Positions 26,915 to 37,112 of a DNA stretch of 64,000 nt are shown here, in pieces; positions within the stretch are counted from its first letter, which is position 1, and each line of letters opens with the position of its first letter. The notes below the pieces were generated by a model. It was not told the DNA's origin. It ran no database searches and saw only the letters and a list, made by a program, of their open reading frames with translations. The stretch is from Blastocatellia bacterium. GTDB lineage: Bacteria; Acidobacteriota; Blastocatellia; UBA7656. The DNA lies in contig JBJMGV010000116.1 in the NCBI GenBank assembly GCA_045807725.1, positions 4,357 through 68,356 of the forward strand, written 5' to 3'. Both the position numbers and the translations under genes were made by a program.

Positions 26915-28306
26915 CTACGACGCGGTCACTGAATCAGAAGGCTTATTTTTATTGCCTTTTTCTGCATTCGCGGCGTTGGCCTGTCGCTCGATCATACGAT
27001 AAAGCGTCTTGCGGTCTACGCCCATAACCTGAGCGGCGCGCGACTTGTTCCCGCCAACCGCGCTCAACACGCGCAACAGGTAACTTGATTCCAACTGCTC
27101 AAGCGTCGGCAGCTCGCCTTCGGGGATGACCTCGTTCATCACCGAGGCGACGCGCGGCGTCGAGACGATTTCCGAAGGCAAGTCTTCCAGACGAATGATG
27201 CCGCTGCTCAAGGCCGCCAGCCGCTGCATCAGGTGCTTCAGCTCGCGCACGTTGCCCGGCCAGCGGTAACGTTCGAGCGCTACCATCGCATCCTTCGTCA
27301 CCGACAGGCGACGATTGCCCAACGCGTATTGCGACAGGAAAGCCAGCGCCATTGTGCGCACGTCTTCGCGCCGCTCGCGCAGCGCCGGCAGCATAATCGA
27401 TACGCCCTGCAAGCGGTACAAGAGGTCCTGACGGAAGAGGCCCTGCTCGACCAGCGCTTGCGGGTCGCGGTTGGTCGCCGCGATCACACGTACGTTGACG
27501 CGCTTTTTCGCGTTGGTTCCGAGCGGGCGGAATTCGCCTTCTTGCAGCACGCGCAGCAGCTTGACCTGAAACTGCGCGCTGGTTTCGGTGACTTCATCAA
27601 GCAGCAGCGTGCCGCCGTCGGCCTCTTCAAACAACCCGCGCCGCGTCGATTCCGCGCCGGTGAACGCGCCGCGCACGTGGCCAAAGAGTTCGGATTCGAG
27701 CAGCGTATCGGGAAGCGCGCCGCAGTTGACGGCCACGAACGGGCGATCAGCGCGCGGACTGCGGCGATGAATCAGGCGAGCGATCAACTCCTTGCCGACG
27801 CCCGACTCGCCGCGAATCATCACCGGCAAGTCGGTCACGGCGACGCGCGCGGCGGTCTTGACGACTTCAATCGTCGCCGGGCTGTTGCCGAGAATTTCCG
27901 CTTGTGGTGACTTCAGCGCTTCGACCGGGATGAGCTTGCTTGGATAGCGGCGCTGTTCGACGGCGTTGGCGATGGCCTGAAGGACGCTGATGGAGAAGGG
28001 CTTGCAGATGTAATCGTTCGCGCCGTGCTGCACGGCTTCGATAGCGGCTTCGACCGAAGCCTGCCCGGTCATCAGGATGATCTCGGCTTGCGAATGCAGT
28101 TCGCCGCGAAATGCCTTCAACACGTCGAAGCCGCTCAGCCCATCCATAACCACATCCGAAAAGATGAGGTCAAAGTCGTGCTCGCGTCCGAGCGCCAGCG
28201 CCTCGCGGCCACTGGCGGCGGTATACACATCGTATTCCTGTATGACCATCGCATCGCGCACTAGCTCGCGCAATACCTCTTCGTCGTCCACGACCAATAC
28301 TTTCAT
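26915..28306 (-). CDS. Sigma54-dependent NtrC/AtoC-family response regulator (REC-AAA+-HTH)
   Basis: 'VLVVDDE','SDVVM','GESGVGKE','[15 protein letters not shown]','WPGNVREL', Fis-type HTH. Confidence 0.96.
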   Translation of the reverse strand: MKVLVVDDEEVLRELVRDAMVIQEYDVYTAASGREALALGREHDFDLIFSDVVMDGLSGFDVLKAFRGELHSQAEIILMTGQASVEAAIEAVQHGANDYICKPFSISVLQAIANAVEQRRYPSKLIPVEALKSPQAEILGNSPATIEVVKTAARVAVTDLPVMIRGESGVGKELIARLIHRRSPRADRPFVAVNCGALPDTLLESELFGHVRGAFTGAESTRRGLFEEADGGTLLLDEVTETSAQFQVKLLRVLQEGEFRPLGTNAKKRVNVRVIAATNRDPQALVEQGLFRQDLLYRLQGVSIMLPALRERREDVRTMALAFLSQYALGNRRLSVTKDAMVALERYRWPGNVRELKHLMQRLAALSSGIIRLEDLPSEIVSTPRVASVMNEVIPEGELPTLEQLESSYLLRVLSAVGGNKSRAAQVMGVDRKTLYRMIERQANAANAEKGNKNKPSDSVTAS

Positions 28307-28554
28307 TTTGCCCTCGCCCTCTTGCTTATTGAGCCTGGATAAGGGCAAGTGCTGTGCCGCTTGATCTGTCATAACCAATCATCACCCTGAACGTGGGTTA
28401 GCCGGATCGCTACAGGCGAGGTTGCGGACGATCTCCCCACGGACTGCCGTCGCGCTGTGCCATTTGTCCCCGATGAGAAGAAAATTGTAGGCGTTTTAAT
28501 TTTCAGCGGCAACCAGTCTGCCGCATCACCCCCATATGGGGCCGGAAGTTTCTA

Positions 28555-28583
28555 TTGAAAAGCCATAACGGCTGTGTTACTTT
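28555..28583 (+). promoter_or_regulatory. Candidate sigma70 promoter for the GGDEF cassette
   Basis: TTGAAA-17 nt-TACTTT with a TG extension. Confidence 0.4.
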
Positions 28584-28775
28584 GCGAAAGGGAATCAGGG
28601 GCAGCCTGCGATTCCTCCATTGATCCGTTATTATTAATTCGATTTTGCTCGTCATAAAGTTTTCAGAAGCAGACAAGCCCTGCTTTGCAGTCCGCCGCCC
28701 ATAGTCCCGCATCAGTGGCTCAAGCGCAGGAACGATTGAGCCGCTTCGATTGCGCATTTCTGCGTCGCCCTGGAT

Positions 28776-30458
28776 GTGAAGCAGTCGATGCCGAAAGGCC
28801 AGTGTCGCTTGAGCAGAGAAATCGCAAAGAAAACAGCCTTGCCCAAAGACGAGTCCGCTCCCGACAACGCCCTGGTTGTGTGGTTGCGCCTGCAACGCTC
28901 GTTAGCTGATAAGAACGGCGTTTCGCTCGTCACTCTGAGCCAGGACGGCGCGGCCATCGGTCGCATCGAAAACGACAACAGCATCTGTAAAGCCCTGCGC
29001 GTTGCGCCCGATTACGCGCCGCTGTGTCAGGCCGATTGCGGCGGCGCGCACGACCGCGCGCTGACCGGCGGCGAGCGCATCGAATACACCTGTCACGCTG
29101 GCCTGCATTGCTTTGCGATGCCCGTCTCGATAGGCAAGCGCCAACTGGTGATCTTAGGCGGGCGCGCCTTCACTTCGACCGCCGAATATATGCGCTTCCA
29201 GCGTAACTACAACGACCTGCCTGCCGTGCGCAGCGGCGAATGCTTGAAGAACATCAAGTTTCTCGACGCACGCGATCTTGCCCAGACCGCCGAGTTGGTG
29301 GATTCGACGGCGACTTACCACTTTCACACGGCGCTGCCCGCCGAGCCGGTCACGAGCGGCAACCCGAACACGTCGCCCGAACTGCTCGACGCGCATCTTG
29401 AGATCATACGGCTCACCGATCAGCTTGAAACCCGTAAGCGCGCCATCGCGCAGTTCTATGAATTTCTGCGCGGCATCGCCGCCACGCTCGATTCCGACAA
29501 GGTCTATCAGACCGTGCTCATCAAGTTCAGCGAGATGCTCAAGGCTGAGCGCAGCTCGCTGATGATCCTCAATGAAGAGTCGAACGAGCTGGCCCTGGAA
29601 GCGGCGCTTGGCGCGCATCACGCACCATCATCGACGCCCGTGCGCGTCAAGCTCGGCGAAGGCGTCGCCGGTTCGGTGCTGGCGTCAGGCTTGCCGCTCG
29701 TCGTGCGCGATGTTGAAACCGACGCGCGGCTGCCGCTTGCGCGCCCCGGACAATATCAGAGCAAGTCGTTCATCTGTTTCCCTATTACACTCGGCGCGCG
29801 CAAGGTTGGTGTAATCAATCTTACTGAACGCCGCGACGGGTTGCCTTACGATAACGAAGACCTGACCTTTCTTGAGTTGATGTCGCCGCACCTGGCGTTG
29901 ATCATCGACCGCACGGAGTGGCACAAGAAGGCCGAAACCTATCAGCAGATGTCGCTCACCGATCCGCTGACGGGACTGCCGAACCGCCGCTACCTGAGCG
30001 ACCGTTTGTTTGAAGAGGTCGAACGCTCGAAGCGTTACGACACGCCGCTGTCGTTTATGATTATCGATGTCGATCATTTCAAAAGTTACAACGACATCTA
30101 CGGCCACACGAACGCCGACATTGTGCTGGTGAAGACGGCGCAGTTATTACGCAACTCGATCCGCGCCATTGATATGTCGGCGCGGTTTGCCGGCGATGAA
30201 TTTTGCATCGTGCTGCCGGAGACAGAGATTGATGCCGCCGTGCGCATCGCCGAACGTCTGGGTCGCGCCGTCAGCGAGAACGAGTTTCGCGCCGAGAACG
30301 GCGGGCATATGGGCCACGTCACTCTGAGCATCGGCGTCGCCTCTTTCTGCCCCACACGTCAAAGCCCCTTAGCTATTATCGAAGCCGCCGACCGCGCGCT
30401 TTATCAGGCAAAGATGCGCGGGCGCAATTGCGTCGCCGCCGCCGACGCGGCAGCTTGA
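28776..30458 (+). CDS. Diguanylate cyclase: PocR + GAF + GGDEF
   Basis: PocR 'ICKAL..LC..YTCHAGL..FAMPV'; 'TDPLTGLPNRR','DVDHFKSYND.YGH','RAIDMSARFAGDEF' (RxxD I-site, AGDEF); start uncertain. Confidence 0.92.
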   Translation: MKQSMPKGQCRLSREIAKKTALPKDESAPDNALVVWLRLQRSLADKNGVSLVTLSQDGAAIGRIENDNSICKALRVAPDYAPLCQADCGGAHDRALTGGERIEYTCHAGLHCFAMPVSIGKRQLVILGGRAFTSTAEYMRFQRNYNDLPAVRSGECLKNIKFLDARDLAQTAELVDSTATYHFHTALPAEPVTSGNPNTSPELLDAHLEIIRLTDQLETRKRAIAQFYEFLRGIAATLDSDKVYQTVLIKFSEMLKAERSSLMILNEESNELALEAALGAHHAPSSTPVRVKLGEGVAGSVLASGLPLVVRDVETDARLPLARPGQYQSKSFICFPITLGARKVGVINLTERRDGLPYDNEDLTFLELMSPHLALIIDRTEWHKKAETYQQMSLTDPLTGLPNRRYLSDRLFEEVERSKRYDTPLSFMIIDVDHFKSYNDIYGHTNADIVLVKTAQLLRNSIRAIDMSARFAGDEFCIVLPETEIDAAVRIAERLGRAVSENEFRAENGGHMGHVTLSIGVASFCPTRQSPLAIIEAADRALYQAKMRGRNCVAAADAAA

Positions 30459-30480
30459 GTGAAGATCGCCGCCGTAGCGC

Positions 30481-32802
30481 ATGGATCACACGGACGCCAA
30501 ACAGGTCATGTGTCGGTTGGCCGATGACGAATTCTTCGACCGCGAAGTCGCGCTCGAACGTGTGCTGTCATTGGCTCGCCGGCACGCCAGTCGCCCGCCG
30601 CAAAGCGAAGGCGTGCTGAATGCGTCATCCACATCCAGTTCGCGCGAAGCCCGAACACCGCGCCGCTCGACCAACGCGCTGCTGCTGGGCGCGCCGCGTG
30701 TCGGCAAGAGCGAGCTGTTGCGCAAAGCCTTTGATCGCCTCTTTGCCGACGGCGTTGAGGTCGTGCCGATCTACTATTCGCTGAAGTCCTATTGCCTCGA
30801 CGCCGAGCGGCTGGCTCATGATCTGTTCACACAATTCCTCGCGCAGTTCATCGCTTTTCGCCGCCACGACCCGCGCTTGATCGAATCGGCGAACGAGCCG
30901 CTGGCGGCCATCATGCGCGCCGCGCCGCCCGACGATTACATCTGGGTGCGGGCGATGGTGGATGGATTCAGCCGCGCGGCCTCGACCGGCGACGCGCTCT
31001 TGATGTTGCGTTCGGCGTTGCAAGCCCCGGCCTCTGCCGCCGCCTGCTCGCAACTCTCGCCGTTCGTGATGCTCGACAATTTTCATTTGCTCGCCGCCTC
31101 GCCGATGATCCGCGCCGAGATGGTGCGCGCCTTGACGACCGAGCACAGCCGCACGCCACAGCCGGCCTATCTGCTATCGGGCCTGCGGCGCGTGATGACC
31201 GGATTGATGCCGCCCGACGAAGAGCTTTATCGAAGGCTTGAGCTGATTCGCATCGAAGCGATGGGTGATGAGTCAGTCGAAAAGCTGATACGCGCGCTGG
31301 CCGCTTCGCTCGATGTTGAGGTCAGCGATTCGACGGTTGAGCTGATGATTCAACAACTCAACCGCGACCTGTTTTACATACACGCCGTACTCGATGCGGC
31401 GGCGTCGCGTCGCGCCAGCCTGAAGACCTTTATGGAGTTCGAGCGCGTCTACACCGACGAAGTATTGAGCGGTCGCATCAATCATTATCTTGGCGCGGTG
31501 CTGCGCGACATTGCGCCGAACTCGCGCCAGCAGCGCGCCGCGCTCGAAGCGTTGAACCTGACGCTTGAAAGCAGCGAGGCCGTGCCGATTGATGCGGTCG
31601 TCGAGCGGATGGGCGAAGACGCGGCGGAAGCCGAGTCGCTGTTAGCGCAACTGCACACGCGCGAGTTCCTTGAGATCAGCTATGGCTTCCTGCGCGCCGC
31701 CACCGATACGGTGCTGGCCGATTTTGTGCGTACCAAGTATCGCAATGAGATTGCCGGCGCGCGCCGTCCCGTCGCCGGCGAAGCGTTGCTCAGCGAAAAG
31801 CTCAAGCACTCTTATCGATTGATGATGTCGCGTTACAATCGCGCCGTCGAATCGCAACTGATTGAGTTGCTGTCGCGCTTCGACTTTCAGAGCGTGCCGG
31901 CGAGCCTCTTCGACCTGCCGCAATTCGACCGCACCTATCGCGGCTTGAGCCGGGTGCAGGTGCGCCGCGCGCTTGACGACGAAGCCGAGCGGCTGCGCCT
32001 GCCACAGATCGTGCTGGTCAACGACGCGGGCGCGGGCGAACAGCCCGGCGTCAACTGGCGGCTCTTTGCCGCGAGCGGGTTTGAAGGCGGCATCTACAGC
32101 GAAGCCAATGAAGTCATCTGGCTCATCGCCTTGATTAATTCAAAAGAGCCGCTCGATGTCGAAACGCTCAATCGCATAGACCAGCGCCTCGAAGCCGCCG
32201 CGCGCCCCGCGCCCGACCGCGCCGCCGCGCCGCGACTGGTGCGCTGGTACATCAGCAAGGAAGCCTTCTCGGCGGTCGCCTCTGAACGGCTGACCGCTTT
32301 GCGCGCGCACCGCTCGACCTTCGCGCAACTCGACCTGATCGAAGATTGCCTGGTGAAACTCGCCACCGGCATGCACACGCGGCCCGCGAGCGAGTTCGAG
32401 CTGGTCATCCCCATCGAAGAAGAGGCCGAGCTGATTGCTGCGCGCACAGTCGAGCAGATTGCCCGCGCCGCCGACTTCGATCAAGAGGCGATCAATCAAA
32501 TCAAGACGGCGCTCATTGAAGCGTGCATCAACGCCGCCGAGCACTCAGATTCACCCGACCGGCGCATCTATCAGCGATTTGCAATTGACGGTGATCGACT
32601 TATAATCACCGTGTCGAACAAGGGCAAGACCTTCGGCGCAGGCGTCGAGACAACCCCCTCGATGTCATTAGCGCCTGCCGCGCAGAAGCGCGGTCGCGGC
32701 TTGCAGATCATCCGCGCCTTGATGGATGAAGTTCGATTCGAGCGCGCCGACGATGGCGCAAGCCTCATAATGACCAAATACCTGAAACGCCCCGAAGCAT
32801 AA
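30481..32802 (+). CDS. STAND-like P-loop ATPase fused to a C-terminal RsbW/SpoIIAB-type anti-sigma Ser kinase domain
   Basis: 'FFDRE.AL','GAPRVGKS','FVMLDNFH'; C-terminal 'ALIEACINAAEHS','VSNKGKTF','RGRGLQIIRALMDEV'. Confidence 0.8.
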   Translation: MDHTDAKQVMCRLADDEFFDREVALERVLSLARRHASRPPQSEGVLNASSTSSSREARTPRRSTNALLLGAPRVGKSELLRKAFDRLFADGVEVVPIYYSLKSYCLDAERLAHDLFTQFLAQFIAFRRHDPRLIESANEPLAAIMRAAPPDDYIWVRAMVDGFSRAASTGDALLMLRSALQAPASAAACSQLSPFVMLDNFHLLAASPMIRAEMVRALTTEHSRTPQPAYLLSGLRRVMTGLMPPDEELYRRLELIRIEAMGDESVEKLIRALAASLDVEVSDSTVELMIQQLNRDLFYIHAVLDAAASRRASLKTFMEFERVYTDEVLSGRINHYLGAVLRDIAPNSRQQRAALEALNLTLESSEAVPIDAVVERMGEDAAEAESLLAQLHTREFLEISYGFLRAATDTVLADFVRTKYRNEIAGARRPVAGEALLSEKLKHSYRLMMSRYNRAVESQLIELLSRFDFQSVPASLFDLPQFDRTYRGLSRVQVRRALDDEAERLRLPQIVLVNDAGAGEQPGVNWRLFAASGFEGGIYSEANEVIWLIALINSKEPLDVETLNRIDQRLEAAARPAPDRAAAPRLVRWYISKEAFSAVASERLTALRAHRSTFAQLDLIEDCLVKLATGMHTRPASEFELVIPIEEEAELIAARTVEQIARAADFDQEAINQIKTALIEACINAAEHSDSPDRRIYQRFAIDGDRLIITVSNKGKTFGAGVETTPSMSLAPAAQKRGRGLQIIRALMDEVRFERADDGASLIMTKYLKRPEA

Positions 32803-32932
32803 GCAGGCAACTCCATCCACTAACGTCTGACGCAGGCAACTCAGCCTGTCAGCGATGGTTTATGTGCATTGCAAGGCCAGGTCCGTTTATGCGGACATAA
32901 TCGGATCGGTTGTAAGCCTTAGGGGAAATGTG

Positions 32933-33301
32933 ATGAACACTATAGAAATCGGTATGCGGTTAATGACCGGCGCGGCGGTGCTCTATCCCGGCTCTTACCT
33001 CAATCAGCTTCGCGGCGAAAGCATCGAGCGCCGCTGCCAGGAACTGCTCACCAGCGGCGTGCGCCACATCATCATCAACTTCGCCGAGACGGAGTTGATA
33101 AACAGCATAGGCATTTCCATCCTGCTCGGCGTCATCGAGGCGGTCAATGAAGCGCGCGGTCGGCTCGTGCTCTCGAACCTGACGCCATCGAACCGCGAGC
33201 TGTTCGAGATGCTCGGCCTGCTGTCGCACGTCCGCATCGAGGCCAGCGAAGAGACGGCGCTTGCCAGCCTGTGCGGTGAACCGCAAGGCGCGACCGTTTG
33301 A
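32933..33301 (+). CDS. STAS-domain anti-sigma-factor antagonist (RsbV/SpoIIAA-like)
   Basis: 'IIINFAETELINSIGISILLG' (phospho-Ser position conserved), 'LFEMLGL'; AGGGGA RBS. Confidence 0.88.
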   Translation: MNTIEIGMRLMTGAAVLYPGSYLNQLRGESIERRCQELLTSGVRHIIINFAETELINSIGISILLGVIEAVNEARGRLVLSNLTPSNRELFEMLGLLSHVRIEASEETALASLCGEPQGATV

Positions 33302-33366
33302 TGAAGTGAATAGGAGATCAATGCCTGTCTTCGGTTTCCCGATGACGAATGAAGGAGAATGCACCT

Positions 33367-34614
33367 ATGAGCCTCACCATGCGAAAGATGCTGCACAACA
33401 TCAGCGCCCTGAGCGAACTGGGCAGCGAGATCAGTTCAACGCACGACTTCGATGAAGTCGTGCGCGCCTCGTTGCATATGCTGTTGGGCACACTGGCCAT
33501 TCCGCGCGGCGCAATCGCGCGCTACAGCCACGAGCCGCGCCAGTTGAAAGTCGTCGCCGCCAAGGGACTGCAAAAGGCCATCGGCGAAAAGATCGCGCTC
33601 GACAGCGAAGAGGCCGAGCAGTTGACGCGACACGCCGGGCCGCTCGATCTGCGCGCCGAGTTGAATGGCTTGTCGCCTTTCGCGCGGCGCAACAGCGAAG
33701 TCTTCAAGCGGCTGCGCGCGCAGACGACCGTGCCGATGGTGGCGCGCGGCGAGTTGATGGGAATGATCTTTCTGTCAGAGAAGTTCACCCGCGAAGCGTT
33801 CGGCGAAGACGATCTGGAGATCATCAACACCATCGCGCGCCACATCGCCATCGCGTTTTATAATCATCGGCTGATGGTGTCGCTCAGGCGCAAGGCCGAA
33901 GAGAATCAACGCCTCTACCGCGAGATGCAGCAGACCTACCGCGACACGGTCAAAGCCTTCGGCGCGGCCATCGACCTGAAGGATGCCTATACGAGCGGTC
34001 ACTCGGAGCGCGTCGCGCGCTACAGCGAAGCCATCGCCCGTGAGATGGGCGTGGCCGGTCGTCAGCTCGATTACATCACCGTCGCCGGCTACCTGCACGA
34101 CATCGGCAAGATAACGGTTGACCGCTCGATCATCAACAACCCGCGCCCGCTGACCGAGCGCGAGTTCAAAGAGCTGAACAAGCACGCGGCGACCGGCTAC
34201 GAAATCCTTTCGCACATTCGTCACCCGTGGGACGAGATCGCGCGGATGGCCGGCTCGCATCACGAGAAGTTCGATGGCACGGGCTACCCGCGTGGCCTGA
34301 GCGGCGAGCAGATTCCTTTGGGCGGGCGCATCGTCACGCTGGCCGATTCGTTCGACGCGATGATGACCGACCGGCCTTACCGCGCACGCTTGGCGCTCGA
34401 CCGCGCGCTTTCGGATGTGGCGCGGCACACCGGCACGCAGTTCTGCCCTGCGGTCGTCGTCGCGTTTTGTCGTTTGCTGTTGAAAGAGATTACCGGCGCG
34501 ACCCGCGAGCGCGTCTTCCTGCCGGTCATCGGCATCAAGTTCGACCGCCCCGCGATCATTGCGATGTTGAGCGAGATGATCCTTGAATTCGACGAAGCGT
34601 ACCTGGCCAGCTAA
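33367..34614 (+). CDS. GAF + HD-GYP cyclic di-GMP phosphodiesterase
   Basis: 'YTSGHSERV','LHDIGK','HHEKFDGTGYP','DSFDAMMTDRPYR'; AAGGAG RBS before ATG 33367 (alternative start 33349). Confidence 0.93.
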   Translation: MSLTMRKMLHNISALSELGSEISSTHDFDEVVRASLHMLLGTLAIPRGAIARYSHEPRQLKVVAAKGLQKAIGEKIALDSEEAEQLTRHAGPLDLRAELNGLSPFARRNSEVFKRLRAQTTVPMVARGELMGMIFLSEKFTREAFGEDDLEIINTIARHIAIAFYNHRLMVSLRRKAEENQRLYREMQQTYRDTVKAFGAAIDLKDAYTSGHSERVARYSEAIAREMGVAGRQLDYITVAGYLHDIGKITVDRSIINNPRPLTEREFKELNKHAATGYEILSHIRHPWDEIARMAGSHHEKFDGTGYPRGLSGEQIPLGGRIVTLADSFDAMMTDRPYRARLALDRALSDVARHTGTQFCPAVVVAFCRLLLKEITGATRERVFLPVIGIKFDRPAIIAMLSEMILEFDEAYLAS

Positions 34615-34617
34615 GGC

Positions 34618-34700
34618 AGAGGCTGGGGCTAGGGACGGGAGGCTAGAGAAGCCTGCTGCTGACCGTCCCTAGCCTCTAGCCTCTAGTCTCCAGCCTCTAA
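34618..34700. repeat. Inverted heptamer repeats (GGCTAGA/G ... CTAGCCT)
   Basis: Arms on either side of a short spacer; same family at 61300-61361. Confidence 0.7.
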
Positions 34701-34754
34701 AAATTCTGCTGGAACCACAAAGGCGCTTCGTGTAGAGTCTCGGTCTGGGAGCGT

Positions 34755-36698
<1,944 letters not shown>

Positions 36699-36711
36699 GG
36701 CCGGAGCCGGC

Positions 36712-36740
36712 TTGACATCTTCAGCGTTTGTGAATACTAT
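36712..36740 (+). promoter_or_regulatory. Sigma70-type promoter about 370 nt upstream of the subtilase
   Basis: TTGACA-17 nt-TACTAT. Confidence 0.65.
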
Positions 36741-37112
36741 CGCCGCTCCCGCTTTGGCGGAATCAGGCAGTTGTGGTTTCTCGGCGCTTCATTGATCCAA
36801 CCCGATTTTTATTGCAGGCCATTGCCAGGCCAGCAGTCGGCTCTCCAGTTGTGGATAAGTTGTCGCAGTCCACATTCTACGACCCATGTGGGTTCGTATG
36901 CTCATCGAGAAAGGGAGCCGAGAAACTTGCCGGTGTGCGTCCGGTTTAGGCCGACACCGGCGTAATGAACCCACCCTTTCCACCATTTTCGTGTTGAAAT
37001 AATCGCCCAACGTAATGGCTGTCTTGAGGGAAGCCGGCTGGTGTCATATCGCCTGCCGGCCTCAGGCGGTCCCTCTATTTCAAAGAATCAAAGGTTCAGG
37101 AGGTCCCCAGAA

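Noticed and set aside
28445-28463. Sigma54 promoter (TGGCAC on the minus strand) upstream of the NtrC gene
   Set aside because: No TTGC -12 element at the required spacing.
30175-30205. AGDEF as a sign of an inactive cyclase
   Set aside because: AGDEF variants can be active, and the other motifs (DxDxFK, ND, RxxD) are present.
33321-33455. TAGGAG + ATG 33321 short ORF overlapping the HD-GYP start (possible frameshift or uORF)
   Set aside because: HD-GYP has its own RBS and ATG (33367) and appears complete; the peptide has no recognisable features.
36850-36858. Perfect DnaA box (TGTGGATAA); near match at about 59646
   Set aside because: Single isolated boxes with no cluster, AT-rich unwinding element or dnaA context.
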